From Oscillospiraceae bacterium (lineage in GTDB: Bacteria; Bacillota; Clostridia; Oscillospirales; CAG-272): DNA of 64,000 nucleotides. Location: NCBI GenBank assembly GCA_015064295.1, contig SVSM01000003.1, positions 6,942 through 70,941 on the forward strand, read 5' to 3'. Of the stretch, positions 36,283-45,561 are shown one piece after another. The translations under genes were made by a program, and so were the position numbers. The notes beneath the pieces are model-generated. The model was not told where the DNA came from and did not search any database. It worked only from the letters and a program-made list of their open reading frames with translations. Position 1 is the first letter of the stretch, and the number at the start of each line of letters is the position of its first letter.

Positions 36283-37122
36283 ATGTTCGGCTACGTAACG
36301 CCTCTGACCGAGGAGCTGAAGGTCAAGGAGCATATCCTCTACAAGAGTATATACTGCGGTCTCTGCCGTGCCATGGGCAAGCGTGTCTGCGGAGAATCGC
36401 GGATGACGCTGAGCTACGACATGGTGTTTCTGGTGCTGATCCGCCTAAGGCTTTCGGGAGAGAAGGTCTCCTTCATCACCTCCCGTTGCGCCGCCTCTCC
36501 CTTCAAGAAAAAGCCCATGATGGAGCGCAACGAAGCCCTGGATTACTGCGGGGCGGCGGGCTCGCTTCTGGCCTATCACAAGCTTGCCGACGACGCGTCG
36601 GACAAGAAGGGCTTCCGCCGAGCGATCGCCCTGCTCCTGCGGTCGATGGCAGGGCGAATGAGAAGGAAGGCCGCCCTTCCCGCGCTGGACACCGTGTTGA
36701 GTGGAAAAATGGAGGAGCTGTCCTCCCTTGAGCAAGCCGAAGGCACCACGGTCGACGAGCTGGCCCACGTGTTTGGCGAGCTGCTGGCCGCCGTATTCGG
36801 TTGGGGTCTTGAGGGAAGCGACAAGCGGCTTTCCGAGGAGCTTGGCTATCACGTTGGCAAGTGGATCTACCTCCTGGACGCCGCCGATGACTACGAAGCC
36901 GATCGCAAGCGAGGGGAATACAACCCCTTGCCAAGCCGGGATCGGGAATCCCTTGCCTGTGCTCTGAATCTGGAGCTGGAGGCGGCGTCCCGCGCCATGG
37001 ACCTGATGGCGGGGGAGGATCCCGGCATCAAACGCATCACGGAAAATATCCTGTATCAAGGGATGCCCGCACGGATGGAAAAGATCCTGTCCCGCCATGC
37101 CGACGGGGCATCTGCTACATAA
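36283..37122 (+). CDS. DUF5685-like protein with two aspartate-rich motifs
   Basis: MFGYV..YCGLC..LSYD; KLADDASD; GKWIYLLDAADDYEAD..YNP. Confidence 0.82.
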   Translation: MFGYVTPLTEELKVKEHILYKSIYCGLCRAMGKRVCGESRMTLSYDMVFLVLIRLRLSGEKVSFITSRCAASPFKKKPMMERNEALDYCGAAGSLLAYHKLADDASDKKGFRRAIALLLRSMAGRMRRKAALPALDTVLSGKMEELSSLEQAEGTTVDELAHVFGELLAAVFGWGLEGSDKRLSEELGYHVGKWIYLLDAADDYEADRKRGEYNPLPSRDRESLACALNLELEAASRAMDLMAGEDPGIKRITENILYQGMPARMEKILSRHADGASAT

Positions 37123-37137
37123 GAAAGGACTGTCACC

Positions 37138-37776
37138 ATGACCGACCCATACAAGATCCTGGGCGTCTCCCGCGACGCCTCGGACGACGAGATCAAAAAG
37201 GCCTACCGCGAGCTGGCAAGAAAGTATCATCCCGACAACTACGCGGGAAGCCCTCTTGCCGATCTGGCGGGGGAAAAGATGAAGGAGATCAATACCGCTT
37301 ACGCCGATATTCAGAAGGCCCGCGCCGAGGCCCAGAGCGGAGAGCAGACGGGTGAGGACGGCTATACCGAGTACACCTACGGCGGCAGTACCTATACGGG
37401 GGAAAACGCCGAGAGCTTCAAGACCATTCGGGAGTATATCAACGCCGGACGGTTTTCGGATGCCGATCTTTTGCTGAACTCGCTGTCCGCCTCGGCCCGT
37501 AACGCCGAGTGGAATTTCTTAAAGGGCTGCGTGCTGGCCCAGAAGGGCTGGTTTTACGACGCCCAGCGGTATTTTGAAACGGCCTGCTATATGGCGCCCG
37601 ACAATCAGGAATACCGTGGGGCTCTTAATAACATCCGTATGCGCGCCAACGCCTACGGCAGGGGCTACCGCACCGCCGAAAACGGCGGATCCGGCGCCTG
37701 CGATCTCTGCACGGGACTCATGTGCGCCGATTGCTGCTGCGAGTGCTGCGGCGGCGACCTGATCCGGTGCTGCTGA
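37138..37776 (+). CDS. J-domain protein with TPR-like helices and C-terminal cysteine string
   Basis: [24 protein letters not shown]; C-terminus [25 protein letters not shown]. Confidence 0.9.
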   Translation: MTDPYKILGVSRDASDDEIKKAYRELARKYHPDNYAGSPLADLAGEKMKEINTAYADIQKARAEAQSGEQTGEDGYTEYTYGGSTYTGENAESFKTIREYINAGRFSDADLLLNSLSASARNAEWNFLKGCVLAQKGWFYDAQRYFETACYMAPDNQEYRGALNNIRMRANAYGRGYRTAENGGSGACDLCTGLMCADCCCECCGGDLIRCC

Positions 37777-38324
37777 TGGCGGCCAAACGAGGGGGCGCCA
37801 AGCTCGGTACCCGAAAGCTGGCGGTGGCCGCCATGCTTTGTGCTCTCGGCGTAGTATTCCTCTACGTCGGCGCAGTGATCGAGGTCCTGGACCTGACGAT
37901 GGTGGCGGTGGCATCTCTTTTCATTTTCTTTGCGGTGATGGAGATGGGAGGGGCCTATCCCTATCTCATTTATCTCGTCACGGCGGTGCTGTCCCTGCTT
38001 CTTCTGCCGTCGAAATTCGCGGCGGGAGCCTATCTGCTGTTCGGCGGGATCTATCCGGTGCTGAAGCTTTTCTTTGAAAAGCTTCCTACCGTCCTGGGAT
38101 GGGCCATGAAGCTGCTCTACTGCAACGCCATCGTGTCACTTCTTCTGTGGGTGTCCCTTTTTCTCCTTCACATTGAGGATCCCGATCTGGGCTTCAACCT
38201 CTTGACCTACGGTCTTTTCAACGTGACCTTCGTTCTTTACGACGTGGCGGCCACGCAGCTGGTGACGCTGTACCTTGTGCGGCTGCGTAAGCGTCTCCGG
38301 ATCGAAAGGTTTTTCGAGAAATAA
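37776..38324 (+). CDS. Hypothetical multi-pass membrane protein
   Basis: TGATG overlap with the J-domain gene; about six hydrophobic segments. Confidence 0.82.
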   Translation: MAAKRGGAKLGTRKLAVAAMLCALGVVFLYVGAVIEVLDLTMVAVASLFIFFAVMEMGGAYPYLIYLVTAVLSLLLLPSKFAAGAYLLFGGIYPVLKLFFEKLPTVLGWAMKLLYCNAIVSLLLWVSLFLLHIEDPDLGFNLLTYGLFNVTFVLYDVAATQLVTLYLVRLRKRLRIERFFEK

Positions 38325-38423
38325 CGCCTTAAATCTTGACAAATCCTGCCAAAAAGTGTACAATAGACTATATATTTCCGAGCATCCGCAGAGCGCGGAG
38401 CTTGGTGTTTTGAAGAGAGTATC

Positions 38424-39311
38424 ATGATCAAAAGTATGACTGCCTTCGGGCGTGCCGTCGGTTCGGGCAGCGGAAAGAATTTCGTCTGCGAGATCCGTTC
38501 GGTCAACAATCGTTATTTGGATTGCTCGGTCAAGCTTCCCCGTTCCTACGGCTTTCTTGAGGAAAAGGTGATCGCCTTTATCCGCGGAAGCGGGATCACA
38601 CGGGGTAAGGTCGAGGTGTATATCGGCATTGAGGTCACCGAAACGGTGGGGGCCGACGTGGAGCTGGACCGCGGTTACGCGGCGGGCTATCTTGCCGCCC
38701 TCAAGTCCCTGCGGGACGAGTTCGGTCTGGTGGACGACATCAGTACCATGTCGGTAGCGGCCAACCGGGACCTGTTCCTGGTGAAAAAGCCTACCGAGGA
38801 TGCCGACCGCGACTGGGCGGAGCTTCTCCCGGTCCTCGGCGAGGCCCTGGCGGTCTACAATCGGGCAAGAGAGGCCGAGGGTGCTAACCTGCGCCGCGAT
38901 CTTCTGGCTAAGCGTCACCATCTTGAGGAGCTGGCCGACCGCATCGGCGTCCTTTCCGCCGAGAATACCGTTGGCTATCGGGCGCGACTGGAGGCCCGTC
39001 TCCGTCAGACGCTGGAGACTCTCAACATGGAGTTCGATTCCCAAAGAATCCTCACCGAGTGTGCCATTTTTGCCGACAAGATCGCCGTGGACGAGGAGCT
39101 GGTCCGCCTGAAGAGCCATTTTGTTGCCTTTGACGAGGCTATGGACTCCGATCAGCCGGTGGGACGCCGCCTGGATTTCCTTCTTCAGGAAATGAACCGC
39201 GAGGTCAATACCACGGGCTCTAAGTCCAACGACAGCACCATCGCTGCTCTGGTGGTGGACGCCAAGTGCGAGCTGGAAAAGATCCGCGAGCAGATTCAGA
39301 ACCTGGAATAA
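38424..39311 (+). CDS. yloC: YicC/YloC endoribonuclease
   Basis: [60 protein letters not shown]; promoter TTGACA-17-TACAAT at 38336-38364. Confidence 0.95.
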   Translation: MIKSMTAFGRAVGSGSGKNFVCEIRSVNNRYLDCSVKLPRSYGFLEEKVIAFIRGSGITRGKVEVYIGIEVTETVGADVELDRGYAAGYLAALKSLRDEFGLVDDISTMSVAANRDLFLVKKPTEDADRDWAELLPVLGEALAVYNRAREAEGANLRRDLLAKRHHLEELADRIGVLSAENTVGYRARLEARLRQTLETLNMEFDSQRILTECAIFADKIAVDEELVRLKSHFVAFDEAMDSDQPVGRRLDFLLQEMNREVNTTGSKSNDSTIAALVVDAKCELEKIREQIQNLE

Positions 39312-39333
39312 GCAGACAGAAAAGGATGTTACT

Positions 39334-39603
39334 ATGAAATTTATCAGCATCGGGTTCGGGAATATGGTCTCCTCGGGCCGCGTGGTTACCCTGGTCAGCC
39401 CCGATTCGGCGCCTATGAAGCGTCTGATCCAGGATGCCAGAGAGGCGGGGCGCGTCATCGACGTGACCTGCGGCCGTCGTACCCGCTCGGTGATTATTAC
39501 CGACAGCGACCACGTGATCCTCTCGGCCATCCAGACCGAGACCATCTGCAACCGACTGAACGGTGAGGGAGCCGACGCTTCCGACGAGAACGACGAGGTG
39601 TAA
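39334..39603 (+). CDS. remA: RemA/DUF370-family protein
   Basis: [41 protein letters not shown]. Confidence 0.93.
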   Translation: MKFISIGFGNMVSSGRVVTLVSPDSAPMKRLIQDAREAGRVIDVTCGRRTRSVIITDSDHVILSAIQTETICNRLNGEGADASDENDEV

Positions 39604-39609
39604 GGCGCT

Positions 39610-40239
39610 ATGACCACCTTAGAATCTCCCAAGGGCATTCTTCTCGTGGTTTCGGGAGCCGCCGGTACCGGAAAGGGTACCGTCAATGCCATCCTGATGA
39701 AGGAGCACGACGATTTCGTTTTCTCGGTGTCCGCCACTACCCGTGCCCCACGTCCTGGTGAGGTGGACGGCAGAGAATACCATTTTATGACCAAGGAGCA
39801 GTTTGAGGAGCAGATCCGCCTGGGCGGTGTGATCGAGTATACGCAGTACTGCGGGAACTACTACGGCACCTTAAAGAGCGAGCTTCGCAAGCTGGACGAG
39901 GGGAAAAACCTGATCCTGGAGATCGAGGTGGAGGGTGCCATGAATATCAAGCGCCTCTTTCCCGACAGCGTGGCCGTCTTCATTCTTCCTCCCGATGCCG
40001 TTACCCTGCGGAACCGTCTCGTCAACCGCGGCACCAACACCGCCGACGATATCGAAAACCGTATGAAACGAGCGCTGGATGAGTTTTCCCTGGTAGAGCA
40101 TTACGACTACGCAGTGGTCAATCACGACGGAAGAGCCAAGGAAGCCGCCGACGCGATCTACGCCATCGTGAAAAGCGAGCAACACAAAGCAAGCCGCGCC
40201 GAAGGCGCCATGAACCGCTTGTTTTTCAATCAAGAATAA
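39610..40239 (+). CDS. gmk: Guanylate kinase
   Basis: SGAAGTGKGT, SATTRAPRPGEVDGREYHF, YYGT. Confidence 0.96.
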   Translation: MTTLESPKGILLVVSGAAGTGKGTVNAILMKEHDDFVFSVSATTRAPRPGEVDGREYHFMTKEQFEEQIRLGGVIEYTQYCGNYYGTLKSELRKLDEGKNLILEIEVEGAMNIKRLFPDSVAVFILPPDAVTLRNRLVNRGTNTADDIENRMKRALDEFSLVEHYDYAVVNHDGRAKEAADAIYAIVKSEQHKASRAEGAMNRLFFNQE

Positions 40240-40277
40240 CGCCAATCGATACCCATCAAAAGGAAGGACAGAATATT

Positions 40278-40568
40278 ATGAAGATGATCGCCCCCTCTGT
40301 GGATGAACTGACCCACCAGAATCAATACAACCGTTATACCCTGGTCATTGCCGTGGCCAAGTGCGCCAGAATGGTGACCGACGAGTACGTCAGCCAGCGT
40401 GAGACGGCAGAACGGATGCTGGCCAACAAGGAGACCGACAAGAGTCTGGCTGCTCTGATCAAGAAGGACTTCCGCGACGAAAAGGCCGTCCGGATCGGTA
40501 TCAACCGTCTGCACAGCGGTGAGTACCGCATTGACGATAACTCCATCGATACCACCATCAGTTATTGA
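40278..40568 (+). CDS. rpoZ: RNA polymerase omega subunit
   Basis: PSVDEL..NRYTLVIAVAKCAR; position after gmk. Confidence 0.85.
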   Translation: MKMIAPSVDELTHQNQYNRYTLVIAVAKCARMVTDEYVSQRETAERMLANKETDKSLAALIKKDFRDEKAVRIGINRLHSGEYRIDDNSIDTTISY

Positions 40569-40581
40569 CGGGAGAAGGACA

Positions 40582-43044
40582 ATGGAAGCTTCGGTAGCGC
40601 GGGTCTATCTGCTTGACGCACCGTACCACATTGACAAACTGTACGATTATTATATCCCCGAGGAGCTGAGAGGCACCTTGACCGTCGGCGGCTTCGCCGC
40701 GGTGCCTTTCGGCGGGGGGAATCGCAAGCAGCTCGCTCTCGTTGGCGGGCTTGCTTCTGCTTCTGAGTATACGGCTCTCAAGCCGATCTTGGCTCCCGCC
40801 TGCGGCAGCTTGACGCTGAGCGAGGAGATGATTGGGCTTTGTCTGTATATGAAGGAGCATTTTTTGTGCACCGTGGGAGCCGCCGTCAAGGCCATCCTGC
40901 CTGCGGCGGCGCTGACCAAGGTCAAGGACTGCTATACGGTAAAAGAGGAGGTTTCGGATTTTTCCTCTCTCTCCCCTAAGCAGGAGGCCCTTTGCCGTTA
41001 TATCCGGGCAAAGGGCAGGGTACAGGAGGCGGCCGCCGTCAAGGAGTACGGCCCCTCGGTCACCGCCATGCTGGCCAAGCTGACGGCCATGGGGATCCTG
41101 AACCGGGAGGCGGAATTTGCCGAAAGCCGCTCGGTGGTGGTCGAAACGGCCTACCTGAGCAAGGAATACGAGGAGATGGAGCCCGAGGCCTTACTCAAAA
41201 CCGTGCGGGGAGACAAGCAGAAGGCTGCTCTCCGCGCGCTGGCGCTTTGCGGTTCTCTGTCTCTTAACGAGCTGCGAGACCGGTACGACGTGGAGCGTCC
41301 CATCGTCAAATCTCTTGTCAGCAAGGGCCTGGTGACGATGGAGAGCGAGGACGTTTTCCGCGATCCCTACAAGGGACGTCACCTTCCTGCCGATTCGGAG
41401 CTGATCCTTTCGGAGGAGCAGGAGGCGGCAAGAAGGACGCTGTCAGATCTTGCCGACAGCGGCGAGCCCAAGGCGGCGCTGCTCTACGGTGTGACGGGAA
41501 GCGGGAAAACGGGGGTGATCCGCGCCGTCATGGATGACGTGATCGCCAAGGGGCGCTCGGTGATCCTACTGGTACCTGAAATCGCCTTAACGCCCCAAAC
41601 CGTTGCTATTTTCCGCGCCCATTACGGCGACCGCACGGCGGTGATCCACTCGGGTCTCTCACGAGGAGAGCGCTGGGATGCCTGGCGGAAGATCGCAAAC
41701 GGTGAGGCCGACGTCTGCATCGGTACCCGTTCGGCTATTTTTGCCCCCTTCTCCAACCTGGGCCTCATCGTCATGGACGAGGAGCAGGAGCATACCTACA
41801 AGTCGGATATGGATCCCAAATACCATGCCCGCGATATTGCCCGTTACCGCTGCGCCAAGCAAAACGCCATGATGCTGTTGGCTTCGGCAACGCCGTCGGT
41901 GGAGAGCTTTCACAAGGCGGAGGAAGGGAAGTACACCCTGGTGCGTCTGCCTCACCGCTACGGAGGCGCCGTCCTCCCCGATACCGTCATCACCGACCGC
42001 CGCCCCGACAGTAAGGCAGGCAATACCTCCCCCATCGGTGCTGAGCTGGCCGCCCGCTTGCAGGAGACGCTTGACAAAAAGGAGCAGGCCATTCTCTTCA
42101 TCAATCAGCGGGGCTATCATCGGTTCCTCACCTGTCCCCTCTGCGGTCAGGTGCTGATGTGTCCCCATTGCAGCGTGTCCTATACCTATCATACCCGTCC
42201 GGGAGGAGGCGGCTATCTGTTCTGCCATTACTGCGGAAGCAAGGAGGCCGTCCCCCACAAGTGTCCCCAGTGCGGAAACGAGACCATGAAGCACGTTGGC
42301 TTCGGTACCCAGATGGTGGAGGAGGAGCTGGCAAGACGCTTCCCGACCGCCTGCGTCATGCGGATGGACGCCGATACCACATCCACCAAGTTTTCTTACG
42401 ATAAGCTCCTCGGCAGCTTCCGCGAGGGAGAGGCCGATATTCTCATCGGCACCCAAATGGTGACCAAGGGCCACGATTTTCCCAACGTTACCCTGGTAGG
42501 TGTCATCAACGCCGATTCCTCCCTCTACTTAAGCGATTTTAAGGCCAACGAGCGTACCTTCGGGCTTCTCACCCAGGTCATCGGCCGCGCGGGGAGAGGG
42601 GAGAAGAAGGGCTGTGCTCTGATCCAGACCTACAATCCCGGGCATCCCGTGCTGGCGCTTTCCTCGGCCCAGGACTACGAGCGGATGTATCGGGAGGAGA
42701 TTGCCCTCAGGCGGTCTCTCGTTTTCCCGCCCTTCTGCGATATGGTGCTCTTTACCCTGTCCTCCGAATCGGAGACTGAGCTTGTGGCGGCCGCAAGCGG
42801 TTTTGCTGCCCTTTTCCGTCAGCTGAATCAAGACAAGCATCCTACCGTGCAAACGGTGATCTTTGGCCCCATGGAGGCCCCCATCTATAAGCTGAACGGC
42901 ATCTATCGGATGCGGCTGGTCATCAAGTGCCGCTTCAACGCCGCGACACGGAGGCTGATCGCCGAGGCCTACGCCGAGATCGGCCGCAAGGTCGGGCGGA
43001 AGATCGGCATTTCCGCCGACGTCAATCCCACGAATTTGTCATAA
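40582..43044 (+). CDS. priA: Primosomal protein N'
   Basis: GVTGSGKT, VPEIALTPQ, DEEQE, four CxxC, GTQMVTKGHDFPNV, QVIGRAGR. Confidence 0.97.
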   Translation: MEASVARVYLLDAPYHIDKLYDYYIPEELRGTLTVGGFAAVPFGGGNRKQLALVGGLASASEYTALKPILAPACGSLTLSEEMIGLCLYMKEHFLCTVGAAVKAILPAAALTKVKDCYTVKEEVSDFSSLSPKQEALCRYIRAKGRVQEAAAVKEYGPSVTAMLAKLTAMGILNREAEFAESRSVVVETAYLSKEYEEMEPEALLKTVRGDKQKAALRALALCGSLSLNELRDRYDVERPIVKSLVSKGLVTMESEDVFRDPYKGRHLPADSELILSEEQEAARRTLSDLADSGEPKAALLYGVTGSGKTGVIRAVMDDVIAKGRSVILLVPEIALTPQTVAIFRAHYGDRTAVIHSGLSRGERWDAWRKIANGEADVCIGTRSAIFAPFSNLGLIVMDEEQEHTYKSDMDPKYHARDIARYRCAKQNAMMLLASATPSVESFHKAEEGKYTLVRLPHRYGGAVLPDTVITDRRPDSKAGNTSPIGAELAARLQETLDKKEQAILFINQRGYHRFLTCPLCGQVLMCPHCSVSYTYHTRPGGGGYLFCHYCGSKEAVPHKCPQCGNETMKHVGFGTQMVEEELARRFPTACVMRMDADTTSTKFSYDKLLGSFREGEADILIGTQMVTKGHDFPNVTLVGVINADSSLYLSDFKANERTFGLLTQVIGRAGRGEKKGCALIQTYNPGHPVLALSSAQDYERMYREEIALRRSLVFPPFCDMVLFTLSSESETELVAAASGFAALFRQLNQDKHPTVQTVIFGPMEAPIYKLNGIYRMRLVIKCRFNAATRRLIAEAYAEIGRKVGRKIGISADVNPTNLS

Positions 43045-43073
43045 TACGTTCCCAATCTGGAAAGGATAACAAC

Positions 43074-43547
43074 ATGGCTATCTTAAAGATCATTACCAAG
43101 GAGGATCCGATCCTTCGAAAGACCAGCCGTCCCGTGGAGGAGATCACCCCTCGCATCCTTCGTCTTCTCGACGATATGAGGGATACCCTCCATAAGGCCG
43201 AGGGTGCCGGCCTTGCCGCACCGCAGGTGGGGGTTCTCCGCCGCGTAGTGCTGGTGGAGACCGAGCCCGGCGAGCTTCTTGAGCTGATCAATCCCGAGAT
43301 CGTGTCGGTGTCGGAGGAGCGTCAGGAGGATATTGAGGGCTGTCTCTCGGTGCCCGGTGAATGGGGGATTACCGACCGTCCCATGACGGTGACCGTCCGT
43401 GCCCAGGATCGTAACGGCGCTTGGTTTGAGGCCACTGGCAGCGGTCTGAAGGCCCGTTGCTTCTGCCATGAGCTTGACCACCTGGACGGCGTCCTCTATA
43501 CCGATAAGGTCATCCGTATGCTGACCGACGAGGATTTTGAGGATTAA
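43074..43547 (+). CDS. def: Peptide deformylase
   Basis: GAGLAAPQVG, EGCLSVP, HELDHLDG. Confidence 0.98.
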   Translation: MAILKIITKEDPILRKTSRPVEEITPRILRLLDDMRDTLHKAEGAGLAAPQVGVLRRVVLVETEPGELLELINPEIVSVSEERQEDIEGCLSVPGEWGITDRPMTVTVRAQDRNGAWFEATGSGLKARCFCHELDHLDGVLYTDKVIRMLTDEDFED

Positions 43548-43561
43548 ATCGGGGAGAACGC

Positions 43562-43883
43562 CAAAGGGCTCTGCCCTTTGAGAACCCGCTTCTTTCTAAG
43601 TTAGAAAGAAGCAAAGACCGCTGTTGCGAAAAACGCCGTTTTTCGCGATGAATCGATAACGAAAGCGGTAATGCGATCGATTGGCGAAGTCGTAAGATTC
43701 TTCCCATTTGCCCAAAACGGAGTTTTGGGCCGATCAAGGTTTTTGAGGTCAAGGAACTTTTTTCAAAAAGTTCCTTGCGGGTGCAGGGCAGAGCCCTGCG
43801 CGCCTTCCCGCTTTTTCCGATGCAGGGCAGAGCCCTGCTCACCATCTTATAAAAAGGGGTTTGGGGAAAACCGGTTTCCCCAA
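43562..43883. repeat. Inverted pair of three-hairpin repeats, copies E1 (+, 43562-43646) and E2 (-, 43710-43799), plus extra HP1-like hairpins
   Basis: Same layout as copies A-C; duplicated gcagggc-aga-gccctgc at 43783 and 43822; ttggggaaaaccggtttccccaa at about 43861-43883. Confidence 0.85.
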
Positions 43884-43893
43884 GACATAACCA

Positions 43894-44823
43894 ATGCGTA
43901 TTCTGTTCATGGGAACACCCGATTTTGCGGTCAGCTCCCTAAAAGCACTGTATGAAAGCGGTGAGCACCAGATCACCGTCATTACCCAGCCCGACAAGCC
44001 GAAGGGCAGGGGCTACACCTTAACGCCTCCCGAGGTCAAGGTCTACGCCGAGAGCGTGGGCTTATCGGTCTATCAGCCCGCTACCCTGCGGAACGAGGCC
44101 TTTGCGGCGCTGCTTCGCGAGCTGGATCCCGAGATGATCGTGGTGGCGGCTTACGGTAAAATTTTGCCCAAGAACGTATTGGATTATCCGAAATACGGAT
44201 GCATCAACGTCCACGGCTCCCTTCTCCCCCGGTATCGCGGTGCTGCTCCCATACAGCGGGCGCTGATCGACGGCGAAACCGAGACCGGCGTGACCATTAT
44301 GTACATGGCCGAGGGATTGGACACTGGCGATATGCTGTACAAGACGGTAGTGCCCATTACCGAGGACGACAACTTTGAGACGCTGTTTGACAAGATGGCG
44401 GCGGCAGGCGCCGAGGCACTGTTGCAGGCTATTCCCTCCATTGTGGACGGTACCGTGGTGCCCGAAAAGCAGGACGACCGACTTTCCACCTACGCTGTCA
44501 AGATCGAGAAGGCCGACTGCACGTTGGACTTTTCCCGATCGGCCCGCGAGGTACACAATCGCATCCGCGGTCTCTCGCCCTTTCCGCTGTCCGCTACGGT
44601 ACGGGGCAGCACCGTTCTTAAGCTTGTGCGCTCCCGTCTCAGCGACCGCACGGAAAGCTCCGAGGCGGGGACGCTGATCGCTGACGGCGGACGGCTTTAC
44701 GTGGTCTGCGGCGACGGCCGATGCCTTGAGATCCTGGAGCTGCTCCCCGCCGGAAAAAAGCGGATGAGCGCCGCCGATTATCTCCGCGGTAATCGTCTGA
44801 GTGACGGTGAGCGACTGGGATAA
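43894..44823 (+). CDS. fmt: Methionyl-tRNA formyltransferase
   Basis: FMGTPDFA, TQPDKPKGRG, INVHGSLLPRYRGAAPI, LDTGD. Confidence 0.98.
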   Translation: MRILFMGTPDFAVSSLKALYESGEHQITVITQPDKPKGRGYTLTPPEVKVYAESVGLSVYQPATLRNEAFAALLRELDPEMIVVAAYGKILPKNVLDYPKYGCINVHGSLLPRYRGAAPIQRALIDGETETGVTIMYMAEGLDTGDMLYKTVVPITEDDNFETLFDKMAAAGAEALLQAIPSIVDGTVVPEKQDDRLSTYAVKIEKADCTLDFSRSAREVHNRIRGLSPFPLSATVRGSTVLKLVRSRLSDRTESSEAGTLIADGGRLYVVCGDGRCLEILELLPAGKKRMSAADYLRGNRLSDGERLG

Positions 44824-44854
44824 CGTTACATTTTCCGAAAGGTAAGGAGTTATC

Positions 44855-45538
44855 ATGTATTTCGACTGGACTTATCTGGTGCTGGTGCTTCCCATGCTGA
44901 TCATCACGATGATCGCCCAGGGAAAGGTCACCTCCACCTACAACAAATACAGTAAGGTCATCAGCCGTCGGGGCTGGACCGCTGAGCAGGCCGTCCGTCA
45001 GATTTTGGCGGCAAACGGCCTTCACGACGTGACCATCACCCGCGTGGCGGGGAATCTGACCGATCACTACGATCCCCGCACCAACAGCATTGCCCTGTCC
45101 GATACGGTCTACGGAAGCCGTTCCATCGCGGCCATCGGCGTGGCGGCTCACGAAGCGGGGCACGCCATCCAGCATGCGGTGGGATATTTCCCCATCAAGG
45201 TTCGCACGGCCATCGTGCCCCTTACCCAATTCGGCTCCCGCCTGTCTACCCCTTTGTTGATTTTGGGGCTTTTGCTGGGCTTTTATCCCCTGGCCTACTC
45301 CGGGATCCTCTTGTTCGGTGTGACGACCGTCTTTCAGCTGGTCACTCTGCCCACCGAGTACAACGCCAGCCGTCGAGCTCTTGAGGCCCTTGAGGGCGGC
45401 TATCTGGATGAAGACGAGCTGAAGGGAACCAAGAAGGTGCTGTCCGCTGCGGCCTCCACCTACCTTGCCGCCCTGTTCGTCTCCCTTGCCTCGCTGCTCC
45501 GTCTGATCCTCATCGTGAACGGCAGACGCCGCGACTGA
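44855..45538 (+). CDS. Membrane zinc metallopeptidase (YugP-like)
   Basis: GNLTDHYDP, VAAHEAGHAIQ, VTLPTEYNASRRA. Confidence 0.93.
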   Translation: MYFDWTYLVLVLPMLIITMIAQGKVTSTYNKYSKVISRRGWTAEQAVRQILAANGLHDVTITRVAGNLTDHYDPRTNSIALSDTVYGSRSIAAIGVAAHEAGHAIQHAVGYFPIKVRTAIVPLTQFGSRLSTPLLILGLLLGFYPLAYSGILLFGVTTVFQLVTLPTEYNASRRALEALEGGYLDEDELKGTKKVLSAAASTYLAALFVSLASLLRLILIVNGRRRD

Positions 45539-45561
45539 CCACCAACCGAAAGGAGGCCGCC

